Position numbers and translations under genes: made by a program
Notes under the pieces: model-generated
The model's input: the letters and a program-made list of their open reading frames with translations, nothing else
Told to the model about the DNA's origin: nothing
Databases searched by the model: none
Source of the DNA: Chrysomallon squamiferum
Taxonomy: Eukaryota > Animalia > Mollusca
Direction of reading: 5' to 3'
NCBI GenBank assembly: GCA_012295275.1
Contig: CM022677.1
Coordinates: 12,958,001-13,022,000 of the forward strand
Length of the DNA stretch: 64,000 nucleotides
Shown here: one piece after another, positions 1-13,454 of the stretch
How the letters are laid out: each line of letters begins with the position of its first letter
How positions within the stretch are numbered: position 1 is the stretch's first letter

Positions 1-469
1 TTATGGCATTAATATATATTGAAATACATAATTAGTATTACGAAAGAATAAAAGCGCAGAGTCTTGCTGTTTAAGATAATTCTTGATTCTGTTCGGTTGC
101 TGAGTAGACTTTTCACGTTCCACTCGCTGACCTTCGGATGATGATCAGATACGATGCAGTGTGCCTCCGTGTTTGCCATATTTCACTTAATTCTCACAAT
201 CTGTTTTTTATGTTTATTAACTATTGTTCATACTTCTCATTATTCTTTAACGCTTTTCAGTGTAATTATCAGTGTAAATCGTGTATTGTCTTAACAAAAA
301 CACTACGTTACTTTTGATGATTACAAATTATTCTGCCTTAGTGTAATAAACAACACAGACTCCGTTGAGAAATATCACATTAATACAGCTGTTACAGAAA
401 TATCACATTAATACAGCTGCTAAAGAAATATCGTTTTATCTGGTAGGATATTACAGGTATGATTTCACT

Positions 470-945
470 TGTTAATATTCAGAAATATAGATGTTGGTTT
501 TTTTTAAATAACAATAACTTTATATGTGACGTCAAAAATATATCGAGAAATAAAGAGGGCGGATCTAATGTGACAAATTACAAACACCAGAAACATGTTT
601 CACTGAGAAACTAGGATTAACTTTACACGGCGTTACAATTTTACCACCTCAATCACTGTCTATATTAGATGTTATTAGTTTCTCAACAGAGGTGCGGCGG
701 TAATATTAACACATTGTTTTGGAAAATACAGCGGGTGATCTTTTTGAATTAACAATATTATAAAAAGAACTGTATGAATATACAGCAGAACTTTGTGGAA
801 CTAACGTGAGATAAGATACGAAACGTTCACTTTATTAAAAGTAACGTGATATTTTACTTTGCTAATACTAAATCATATAATAAAAAGCCGTTATTTTACT
901 GTACGTGGAACTTAAATATTTTATACACTACAGAAAATATTATCC
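470..945 (+). repeat. Inverted-repeat arm X (partner at 26950-27430)
   Basis: For example tcgagaaataaagagggc...gaaacatgtttcactg...ctaggattaactttacacggcgtta is reverse-complemented at 27275-27370. Confidence 0.85.
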
Positions 946-1942
946 TACATAAGTTTATTTTGTGAATATATATGTTTAAGTAAAGTGCCTTTTGTAAACT
1001 CTGAATGTGAAAAAAGATTCAATATTTGTATTGAAATGTACGCAAACTAATAAAAACATGTTCCTTATATCAGTTCAGGTCTTTTCTTTCATGATGTACA
1101 GTCAGCGATCAAGTGGGTTAAGAGAATTTACATTATCCTCACGTGAAGAAATCACAATTGTTTTCACACGAGTGTTTACAGTAATCATATTCTGTGAAAA
1201 AAGATATATTTTCAGAGATAGCTTTGATGTTGAAGTGTGCACTTATGTAACCAAATGTTTTTCTGAAACGACTGAAGACAAGATTAATAATAACGCAATG
1301 AAAATTATAAATACTATTCTCAAAAACTGTATCAGCACTACCACTGAACATTCAATATAGATGAATAGAAATATTGTTATCTGTCACATTAATCCACAGT
1401 TCTGCCCTATCAAAAAATTATCGGGGCTTTTAGTAAGAAAGAAAAGGAACTCGCGTTATTTGGCAACGTGTTGAACCTTGTCGCTAGACGTCTGTCGCCA
1501 GATCATTCTGTGAAACAAGAACCCGTAACACCCACCACTCCCGACGTGATCATTAATTCAGTAGTTCCCAGGCTTTTTGTTCAGTCGACAGGCCGAGTGA
1601 ACATTCATCATACAAGTGACATTTACAAGCGGAAGATTTTCTGGCAAACTGATACACAAATGTGTTCAAAGTTTTTAGAAGAGATGTTTATTGCATTCGT
1701 AACAGTTCATTTAAATTTATCTGAAAACTGCATTAATAATGAATAACAAGGCAACAACACAAATTGAAAAAATATATATTTAGTTTAAGAAATATCAACA
1801 TTTCTAATTATAACATCTAAATAACAAGTGTATGTTCAAAGTCTGGTAGTAAAACTCAGTTGCCTGAAATAACTATAATCTTTCAATTAACAAGAAAAAT
1901 TACTAAATTAGATAGTCATAGAATTTTATGGTATTTTGAAAG

Positions 1943-1945
<3 letters not shown>

Positions 1946-2022
<77 letters not shown>
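1946..2022. repeat. (GA)n microsatellite, representative of many: GA/CT at 6245, 7279, 35373, 60678 and 61085; TG/CA at 24445, 51766 and 53997; TAT/AAT at 21750, 21915, 55093 and 59336; TA at 41200
   Basis: Directly visible simple repeats. Confidence 0.95.
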
Positions 2023-2028
<6 letters not shown>

Positions 2029-2078
2029 AGACAAGAAACAGAAATATAAGTGATACGTTGAATATCTAAAATGTGCTT

Positions 2079-2456
2079 AGACTATATTTTTACAATAATA
2101 ATATCAGCTCAAAATATTTATTGTTAGCAAAGATACTAAGAAAAAAAATATAGTATCTCTTTAGAAAATAATATTTAATTTGTGTACTATTTTTAAATAA
2201 ATAAATAAAACTATCTACATTGTCTATATAAACATTAGTTTAACCTGAAATCGTGTTCAAGATATTAAAATTCGAATCGTTGTTTGAATTAGGTCAATAA
2301 AATTGATTATTTGCAATAAAAAGAAAAGAAGAGAAAAGAAATCGCTCATAACTGGTCCTGCTGAGGCAAACTTTTTTGTGAAACATTTGAATCGGGTCCG
2401 ACGTTTCATTTTTTTATTTTATTTTGTCAATTTTCGCTCGAGTTTTGTGACGTCAA
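2079..2456 (+). repeat. Inverted-repeat arm Y (partner at 24660-25197)
   Basis: tttgaatcgggtccgac, ttttgtcaatttt, ttttgtgacgtca, aaacattagtttaacc and gtatctctttagaaaata all appear reverse-complemented in 24660-25197. Confidence 0.85.
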
Positions 2457-3203
2457 TTATGCGCTTTGAAGACAGTGTTACTGACGTTCCTACACAAAAT
2501 AGCTGAAAGTTTAGTAAACAAACTGAAGGGATCTCACGTTCTTAAAATCTTTTAAAATCACTTCATCTGCTGAAACTGATAATTTAATAAGGTAAGAGTT
2601 TCTTCACCATGTATGTGATACAGGATCCTTGTCTCCCTGTTCCTGGAGTATTCCTGCTATTTTCATAAAGGTTTTGAGAATCCATCGCGAAAAGTGCGTC
2701 CGAATATTTTGAGCTACAGTATATATCAGTAGATTGTCTAATGAGATCTATCTGATACAATTGAAGTTGATCGTATAATTTGTTTATTAAACACTAAATT
2801 CTTGGTTTTGTTAATAAACTGTATATAAATATTTTAAATTATACTGAAAATAATATATAAAAGTGTTTAGTTTTTTATTATTAATCTTTGTTTTCTTTAT
2901 GTCAAATTATAACTCTCTCTCTCATATACATTTACTTAAGTTAAAAATAAAAATATAAATACATCAGAATCATTGATTATGCAAGTTCAACTGTATACAA
3001 ACCTCTGAATTACTAATTATTCTGTTTCATACTGTTCATTCTGTTTAGTGCCTTAAATCAAACATTATTTCATTTACCTAGTATTTCCTACAGGACTTTA
3101 TTTAATTTAATTCATAACCGTGGAGTCACTATTTCCATGACAGACATTTGCTTTATTTTTTTTATCTATTGATCCTGGAAGCTTTAAGTGTGTATGTTTA
3201 ACA

Positions 3204-3246
<43 letters not shown>

Positions 3247-5293
3247 GACAACATTCCAGTATTCTGCTGATTAGAATAATCCAGTATTTGTAAGCAGAGC
3301 ATTTTTTTTTTTTTATAGATGTTATCTTGCTTTTTATGGTCACTAGCTTTGTTTATATATTTTGCTTTAGAAATATATATGTTATAAACAGTGATTTAGA
3401 AAAATTCATTATAATCCTTCATAATGTATAATAATAGTTATATAATTGAGTAATAATAAAAACATTATTTGAAAAATGTTATAATTTTAGTTTTGAATAT
3501 ACTTTATTCTAACTACTAAAAATTACATTCAGGGAAGAAAACTGCTGAATAATACTTGCAGCATTAATTTGTAACCATTCATGAAGTTGTTGGGATATTT
3601 TAAAAAGTAAGAAGAAACCATAATAAATTTTCATGTGTGATGTTTTTCTGTGTGACTATCAAATGTATGTTTGTACAAGTAAAAGGATTATTTTTAATAT
3701 GATTTTTCTTTCTTTCTGTTTTTAAAAAAATCTATTTTTAACATACTGTTACACAGTTGTTTGTGTGGGAGTTCATGTGTGTGTGTGTGTGTGTGGGAGT
3801 GATATAGTTTGAATATTTAAAAAAGAAATGAAGTATTTTATTTTTATAAATTTGATAACTAGTCCCTGATGTTTAGAGTTTACTATTGCTTTTGATATAT
3901 ATTAGTATAAGTTAGCAAGTGTATTAAAAATAAATAAATAAATATATATATAATAAAAGTTTATAAAGCTCTGACATATTTTGTCTATATATTTATAAAC
4001 ATTTATTATTACTTTAATTTTATGATGATGTGTGAAACATATAATTGTTTTTCTTAAAATAAGCCTCATTTTTGATATTTGTATTTATAAAGAAATAAAA
4101 TTAACTTCTTTGTAGATTTTTTTTCTCAGAAATAATGTTGTTTTGGAAAAAGAGTTGTTGTAACAACCCCCCCCAAAAAAATAATAATAACTAAAAAATA
4201 ATTAAACTTCCTCTTACAGAAAAGGGAGCCTGTTTATAATTTGAACTGCAAATCATCCAGAAATAAATCCTTTCTTTCAAAAAGATTAGTTCATACTTTT
4301 AAACCTTCAGTTACATTTTGATTATCTTTGTATTTAACAGTCGTTGGTGGTTTCAGACTTGTAAAGCTTTAAACTGTTATAAAGAAAAAGCAAAGTCAAT
4401 AGTAAATATTGTGAAATTAAGCATTTATTAAAAATGGGGCTTAATTTGTGAGAGAATAAAATAGATGTGTGTGTGTGTGTGTGTCTGTGTGTGTGTGTGT
4501 GTGTGCGAGACAATCAGGTTGTGAAATGTTTATATATGGCAGTTAATTCTTCCATTTTGTTTGGCTTTCTTTTTTCTTTTCTTTTCTTTCTTTCTTTTTT
4601 TAATCTCTTTTATCTGATAATATAAACTGCATTTATTTTTATATAATAAGTAATAAACTAAGTAAAATATATATATATATATATTAAGGAAAAATATATT
4701 TGTGTTTTCTTGTAAATTATAAGCATGGTTTTGAATCCTTAATTCATTTTGCATACAAAAGGACAAATGTCACAGGTTATTCATGTATGTAAACAAGAAT
4801 AAAAATCTAAGCAAAATACTGCAGAATTCAGGATCAATATAAAATATTAAATCCATATTCTAAATGAGGCTGAACTTTAACTGTCTCAACCAAGAGTTGC
4901 CTCCCTTAGCATTTCTTTTGCTGAAAGTGATTTTATATGTAACAGATTTATAGTTTGGTTATTTCTAGCTACAAGTAATTTATCACATAGTGAGAACTCT
5001 GTTTTAGTTGTTTATTTTAATTATATTTATGTATTTGTTTATTCACACAAATTTATTTCTAAATATATGGCAGCCTGTCTGATGATTTTAATTTTGTTTT
5101 AAGTTTTTTTGTTTGTTCTTTTGTTTTTTTGTTTTTTCATCAGGACCAATGAGACTGTTTTATGTTATTTTGGTTTGATTCAGTTGGAACTATCTGCTTT
5201 CCTTATTAATTTCTTGAATAGAATATTTTAAATGTTTTCTTCTTTATTTCTCTTTTGTTGTTGTTATTATTATTATTATTACTATTATGACTA

Positions 5294-5324
<31 letters not shown>

Positions 5325-6240
5325 TATTATTATTATTGTAGTATTAGTAGTTGTAGTAGTAGTTGTAGTAGTGAAGTATAAATTGAAAAAATACTGAAAG
5401 GGTTTCCAGATTAAAAGTGTTTTTTTATTAAGAATATTAAAGGCTTGAGGTAATGTTATATTGATAACTAGAGGTAGAATGGTAAACTTTGACTTAGTAG
5501 TTTAAGTTGGTGTACAGAGAGACATGCAGTGTTAGTTTACACTGAAACACTGATTAGTTTGTAGTCTGTAGAGATCATATGAGAATAAAAGTGATTACTG
5601 TAATATTTTATTATGTGCCACTATTCATTTATCCTTTCATTTATCTATCTTTTTATGCATCCAGTGTCTGTGTGTTTGTGTGTGTGTTTTGTTTGTGTAT
5701 GTGTGTGTGTGTGTGTCAGAGAGATGTATATTGATATAAAAGGGTATAACTTGTTTTAGACTTAGTTACATTGTGGCTGTAAAGCAGTAGTATGCAAGTA
5801 ATAAAAAATTGACTGTAAAAGACAGGAATTTAAAGAGACATGGAAAGAGGTGGTACGTTAATCAGAAAGAACAGATACATAGAGTGTGTGTGTGTGTATG
5901 TGTGTGTTGTGTGTGTGTGTGTGTTTGAATATTAATATATATGTATCATATTATTGCTCGAGTATGTATGAATATACATGACTATTCTAAACCATGGCAG
6001 TATATGTGTGTTTGTGATGTTTGTCTGCAAGAGTGCATGAATGTGAATGTGTATTACAGAACATATTCAACAATTTTTGTATTTTGTGTCTATATAAGGG
6101 TAGTTATTATCAACCTGCTAAACACTTGTTTATATAAACAAGCAGTCTGGATGAGTGGTGGAGAGATTGTTTCAATCAAAAATACCAGCACATTTGTGAG
6201 AAACTGCAAAGTTCAGATGGACACAGGTATCTGTATTTTC

Positions 6241-6315
<75 letters not shown>

Positions 6316-6593
6316 TTTGTGTGATGCTTGTGAAGACAAATCAGTATTTTACTCCCTGTTTCCCTCTGATTATTTGAATGATAATTTTTCAGAAATAAAA
6401 TATTGTCAACAAAATTGACCAGTACTGGGAGGACAACGACAACTTCATCCTTCCTTGACCATCTGTATTTGCCTGATTCCCTCCTACACTGTAACATTCA
6501 TCTAGATAAGTGTGTTAGATATGTATGTGTGTATGTTTGTGAATATGTGTTTTCTTAGTATTGAGAGAAAATGGGTCTGTATGTATAATGTGT

Positions 6594-6770
6594 GAGATAG
6601 ACACAGAGCCAGACATACAGAGAGATGTGTATAATGAGAAGGGTATATAATTAGTGAGATAGACTGACAGACACAGAGCCAGACATACAGAGAGATGAGT
6701 ATAATGAGAAGGGTATATAATTAGTGAGATAGACTGACAGGCACAGAGCCAGACATACAGAGAGATGTAC
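6594..6770. repeat. 70-bp minisatellite, about 2.4 copies
   Basis: cacagagccagacatacagagagatg at 6602, 6672 and 6742. Confidence 0.9.
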
Positions 6771-7111
6771 TCAGTCTTTCAAGGTAATTTCTTTTTACAA
6801 TTCTGTATATCAAAATATTAAAAATAGTTCAGTATCCACGCAGCATCATTTATTCCTAAATTTACTGTCATTTTTAAATACATTTTTAAAATCTGGTTTC
6901 AGAAGTCCAATAAAAATATTTTTCTATAAACCTGCCTGTCTACAAGAGCATCTCTCAGTTATACATTTGTACATATTTCTATCATCCTTTCTGTCTCAAC
7001 ATAACAAAGCACACCATCCTCTACACATCTCATTGTCTGTTTATCCATCTCTATATCTACATGTGTCTGCTGCTGTCAATCTGGCTGTGTGGGTGTGTGT
7101 GTGTGTGTGTG

Positions 7112-7142
<31 letters not shown>

Positions 7143-7276
7143 GTGTCTGTCTGTGTGTGTGTCTGTCTGTCTGTGTCTTTGTCTACCTGCTCTCTGAGTT
7201 TCAATATTTCAATCTATCTGGCTCTCTGTCTGACTGTCTATCTATATAATGCTTCTATGTATATACCTGATTTCCT

Positions 7277-7376
<100 letters not shown>

Positions 7377-8304
7377 ACACCTAAAATATTATTTTGTAAA
7401 GTAGTTATTTCAAAAAATGTTGTGATATTTAAAATGTACATAGTCCAGTGAGATCAAACAAAACTCCAATAACATTTATACAATAAAAATAAAATTCTTC
7501 TGTCATTATTTCATATAATTTTTATATCTATTTCATATTGTTTCTGTCTGTCTGTACAACTACCTCAGTATTCACCTACCTGTCTCTGTATAATATAATT
7601 AATGTGTATAATAATGATGATGATGAATATAATAAATTAAATCATAATAATTAACGACAACAATAATAACAATAACAGTAGTAGTAATAGTAGTAGTAAT
7701 AATAGGCAACAATAACAAAACATTATAATAGTACTTACTGATTGTAATAAGTATAATATGTAATATATGTTACTAAGAAAAAGAAGGAATTGATGTTTTA
7801 TTTAACAACATATATATGGTATTTCATGTTTTTGCTTTTGCATTAAACACTAATATTATGATGGAAGGAGAAAATGTGTTTTTAAAGAGACGTGATAAAA
7901 TAGTTTTAATCTTATTCCATTAATAACTGAACTGAACTGTACTGTAGAAAAAAGTTCATGAAAGGAAACACAAATCTCTTCATAGATCATTTTCAGATCA
8001 TCTATTTTTATTTATTTATTTTTTAATAAAACAATTATAGTTTAAATAAAGTTTGAAAAAAGATATTTAAAAAATGACGAAGCACAGCTATTAATAACTT
8101 TAATAATTAGTACATGTATCTTAAAAGATAAGAAATTTTAAAAATATTTCTCTCAATTCATTTTTCATAAAAAAGTTTCTTTAAATTCATTTCTGAAACA
8201 TCAATACCAATGATGATTTTAATTTGGTTTGATAAGAACAAGAAAATGAAAATAACAATAAAGATTTAAATAAATAAATGGATAAACTAAAAAGTAATAA
8301 TAAT

Positions 8305-8339
<35 letters not shown>

Positions 8340-8759
8340 CATTATAAATAAGTAAAGTAAAACAAAATCTAAATAAAAATAAATTACAATCAACAATTAA
8401 GAAATGAAAAAAAGAAGGAAAATGAGAAGAATTTATTATCTGTGTTTAAAAGAAAGCACATTTACCTTGGGTGCATGTTTTGTGTGTCAGTGTGTGTCAG
8501 TGTGTGTGAATGTGTTTTGTTGATGTGTTTATTATTTGTTTGTCTTTTAAATTTTGTTACCAAGGTTAAAGTTAATAATACATTTTATAATATTATTTTA
8601 TTCAGTTCTACACATGTTACAGTTATATAGGTTTTTAACTTAAATACTATGAAGAAATTATTTAGTGTTGACTGCAGACTTGAATATAAAAGTCACATTT
8701 AGAACATTTTAAATAAAGTTTAAAGTGTCTTAAAATAAAAGAAAAAATTCATGAATGTC

Positions 8760-9170
8760 AAACTTTCATGAATCATTCAGTGACTGACAAAAACAAGTAC
8801 TATAATATTACATTTTAGATTATAGATTCTTTTAGTTCTGTTTTTAACAAAAACATTTTGAATTAATATAAGTTTTCATAAATGTCCTGATATAAAATAA
8901 CCGGTACTATAATATCATATTTTAGATTTTATATTATTTTATTTCTGTTTTTACCAATAACATTTTGAATTAATACTATAATACAGGTATTTAATAAAAG
9001 TTTTCATGAATATTCTGATATAAAAAATAACAAGTATTATACTTTCACGTTTTAGATTTTTGATTCTTTTTGTTCTGTTTTTAACATTAACATTCTGAAT
9101 TAATATTGTACTACAGGTAAATGATATACATTTTCATGAATGTCCTTATATAACAATAACAAAAATCACA
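8760..9170. repeat. Degenerate tandem repeat of about 110-130 bp, 3-4 copies
   Basis: Recurring tttcatgaat...tttagatt...ttctgttttta...acattttgaattaata. Confidence 0.7.
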
Positions 9171-10379
9171 TTGTCAATGTTTTTATATTATTTTCACTTT
9201 AGATCAGTTTCTAAAAACCATTAAAATACAAAAACTGACAGAAAAAAAGTAACTACACCAAAAAAAATGATATATATATTTTATTTATTATTACTTCAGT
9301 TCAGTCTTTTAAGAATAATAAAATTTGCAAAAAACAAAACAGAATAGTAACAAAAATTTAAAAAAGTTTTAACAAGATACATGAAAAGGACCAATACAGT
9401 TTACAATGTTAGATTTCTTTTATTATGTTACTACTTCTATTAATTTTACTCGTACTTGAAATACCTCATTGTAACTTGTTATACACTTGTTAATATTTAA
9501 GTAGGTAAAGAAAAAGAAGAAAGAAAAGGTTTTTACCATTGACCTTTTATATAATATAAAGTTATCTATTACTTTAATTGTAGTTTTTAATAACTGTTTT
9601 TTATTATTATTATTAACTCATACAAATAAATTCAAGAAATGTTTAAACTTACTGAACAGTAAGTGGAATGTGTCTGGATATTACTTAATAACAAATACAA
9701 CTGTATGATTAATGACCGTGTATGATTTAAATTATTTACAGTTTATTTTTAATGATAACTCTTAAAATAGTATCATTGTGGAAGTTTTTACTGCTGATAT
9801 GTTGAAATGTTAATATATAACACAGAATATATTTAGATATACAATTATATTCATGGAACTGCTTACACATATAAAAATGTCCCTTTAAGTCTAATTATTT
9901 TATAATATCCTCTGTTAATATTGTCATTATTACATATTTTCTTTTCACAAAAATAGCTGAACACAGTTTATTAGTTTCTATAATTTATTCAACGTTGAAT
10001 ATTTAGTGAGTTGAAGCAAACTGAAAAGAAAAACAAAATGGATAGTTCACTAGCATGTCAGATAAAACAAACAAGTTACATGATAGCAAAGTAGAATAAC
10101 TAAATAACTGAACAAATAAATAAAGTATAAAACTGTATCCTGAAAACACAGTCTTATTTCTCTTCATACAGTTGATAATTATTCATGTCATGTCATTTTA
10201 TGTACACACACTTGTATGTATTATTTCTATTAAGTGCAAGCAAGGTCTGTGTGTGTCTGTGTGTGTGTTGTGTATGTGTGTGTGTGTGTGTGTGTGTTAA
10301 AGTAAATGGAGACACATTAGAAGTTTAAATATTTAACATCCAGTTATACACACAACTACACACATTAGACTTTCAGAAC

Positions 10380-11527
10380 CATGAAAAATAACAAGAAACC
10401 CACCTCTAAAAACACAACAACATGGAAAACATAAAAATCACTAATTCAGATGATTCAGGAATGTTAGGATTTCCAAAAGACAGCAGGTTAAAAAGGCAAA
10501 ATTTGATTTTTAAAAAAGAAAAAACGTTTACCAGAAACAAAAGGCGATAAATAAAAAAACAAGATAAATCACCAACAAACACTGACACAGACAAAACCCT
10601 GAACAGAAAATAATGAAAATTTCGATGTTTTGGTATCCTTACAAACAAATATAAACAGTATAGATATGGAGGATGAAGGGAGTGAACCTAACATGTGGGA
10701 AATATATATATATATACCACAGCATACAAATACAGAAAAAAAAAACAATCTCCAAACAGAAGCATAAATCACCATAATCAACAAAACAGAGATCATAAAC
10801 AAAAAGTAACAACCCAAGGAAAATTTAAGTCAGGATTACCACAAAACTCTTAAAGATTTTTTTAAACATCTGGGATCAACATTTTCTTACTGGGAATTAC
10901 ACTAATACTGAAACTCAGTAAAACAGTCTGCACAACAACAACAACAACCCGAAGCCAAATGAGTGAAAAAACAAAACAAAAACCAACCCATCTCACTTTT
11001 TAAATATATCACAATATATATTACCAGTTTAGAAATAATGAATTAAAACTAAAAAGTTTTGCAACGAGATTTATTCACAAACAAAGCCAAGCTAGTTAAT
11101 GTCATTGTACAGAGGAAAAAACAACTTACTGGACCACACTTACTTTAACAGCAAACCTGCCATGACAACAATTACAACTGACAGCTACATCAATCAACAG
11201 ACAGAAATAAGTCACAGTTACCTGAGTGAGGTCTCTGACAGACCTGCAGACACACAACAAAATGTACACAGCGATACAACTCAAGTCATTAGCATGCAGC
11301 TACTGCAGTGTCCATCACCATAGAAACTCCAGCCAGTTCTGATACCTCGCAAAACATGCAAACTTTCTAAATGAGTTGAATTACAATAGCAAGAAAACCT
11401 TCTCCGACAACTCAATATTTACACACAAATGAAATTACACCAAAGCAGACTGGGAAGGATTCTACAAAGCATGGACAAATATTAAAATAAAAATCAACAC
11501 CGACACATACTGCACTTCACTTACAAC
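10380..11527 (+). mobile_element. Decayed 5' portion of a LINE (ORF1 remnant and post-endonuclease ORF2 segment)
   Basis: Same A/C-rich style as the LINE at 15950. NYTKADWEGFY...DTYCTSLTT (about 11430-11527) matches the W-N-x-x-KADW-x-x-F motif that follows LINE endonucleases. Confidence 0.5.
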
Positions 11528-11980
11528 ATGATTTAAATAATATAAAAAACGAAAGATAAAAGATTTTTTTTTTTTTGGAACTCGTTATTTTACATTTTTT
11601 TGAGAATCTTTATTTTTTTTTTTTAAATTTATAAAAATTCCAATTACTCCTAATTACATAATCTTCAATTAATTTACATTAATTACCCCCAACAAATTCT
11701 TGATTTCCCCTGATCTAAATACTTTTGTGAGTTTTTTAAAACAGAATATAAAATTCTAACTACCCTAATTAGATCATTTTAAATATATTTACATTGATTA
11801 CCATAGCAAACGCTTCATTTTTCACTGATTTAAATAATATAAAGAAAAAAAAGACTGTTCTTTTTTCTATTTTTTATAAAAATTGAATTACCCCTAAATA
11901 CAAAGTTTTAAATTTATTTACATTGACTACCCCAGCAAATCATGGATTTCCCCTGATTTAAATAATATAAAAATTAGATT
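11527..11980 (+). repeat. Degenerate tandem array (about 120-190 bp units containing tgatttaaataatataaa); inverted homologue at 34255-34415
   Basis: Recurring motifs aattacc(c)ctaa, atttacatt, agcaaa and cccctgatttaaataatataaa. Confidence 0.7.
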
Positions 11981-13454
11981 TAAAAAAATGAAAACCTCTA
12001 TGCACTGATCATTCTGAAGATGTATATCACTCAACTCTCCTGATCTTTTTATTATTTGTTTATTATTATGTGTTATGAAGACAAAACTTATGAAAGAAGG
12101 ATCGTATTACAACTAATTACTCTATATACTAGATAAGCACAACTAACCCTAATTATAAATTATTTTATGCCAGTTAAAAACAAATAAAATACATTAAAGT
12201 AAAATTTAAAAAATGGAATAAAAATGGTAAATTGGAAAGTCAAAACAAAATATGTTACTGATCAATGAAAACATTATAGTACATATACTATATCCTTTTA
12301 TAATCCTTCTCAGGGCATCTTTTCTTTTTCTTTTTTTTTTAAATTAATAAATGTTGATATTTTCTAGCTATTCATTATTATTTATAAAAAAATAAACTCC
12401 ATTTACTAAATATTCACCATTTACACAATGAAATAAACTTACTTCACTAAGTTTTCTTTTCTGGAAGCTCAAAGGAACACAAAGTTCTTTGTAACATTTT
12501 CCTTAGCAACCATTATTGTATGTTCATGAAATTTGGCCTGCTTATCAAACTTAGTTCACTAAAGAATTCTACTGTGTTTGAAGGGAATATCTGTTTTACT
12601 TTTTGCACAATATTTTATTTAAAATAAGTGAAAAGGACAAACAACTAACAAGGACCAACTAGATCACTGTTACTAATTATAGAAATTTTCCTAGGCAGTT
12701 AAAGAATGGAGCCACACCAAGCTTTGAACAGATCACACCATGCTGTATCCACTGTTACCATTTAAAAACATACCTTGCATTTCAATTTCTTTTTTAAAAT
12801 TGTTATAATTAAATTTCTCTGATAAAACCTTGAATAACAAAGATATGCTTCTTCCTTTATATTAGAAAAAAAAAAAAAAAAACTATTTTATTTTAAGGAT
12901 AACATGTATGTAAGTGTGGATCATGACAATGGGTAACCAATTTAAAAAGAGAATGTTTTCTAATATTTAATTACTGTACATGCTTTCATACAATACACTG
13001 AAATAGACTGACACACTTTGATACATTATCATAATATTAATTTTCACCTCAAGAAATAACAACAATTCAAGATTAATCCAATTGTAGTCTATTATTATGT
13101 AAACATTAATAATAAGAAGAAAAAATGAAAAAGAAATCTAGTCATTAGTAAGTAGGTTCTTACAGCAAATAATCTGTTCATAATTTGATAGAAATATTCT
13201 CTGAAAATACTTGAAAGCATGCATAAAATTCCTGGAAAGTTCTGTATATATTTATGTTGTAAACACCTTAATAATTATTATATTCCCTCTATGAAAGCTT
13301 GAATTATTGAGAGAGACATAAATCAATTAATATTAATGGAATGTTATTTATATACAGCATGTAAAATTGTCACATGTGATAAACTATTACAACTGTGACA
13401 TGAAAACACCCAAAGGTGTAATTTGAAAATAATATTTTTACCAACAGTTTAAAG

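Noticed and set aside
1007-1746. 117-aa and 92-aa ORFs
   Set aside because: Non-ATG starts, with no recognisable domain or splice support.
2460-2600. CRE plus an AAG|GTAAGA donor suggesting a first exon
   Set aside because: No downstream coding exons were identified, and the site cannot be distinguished from chance.
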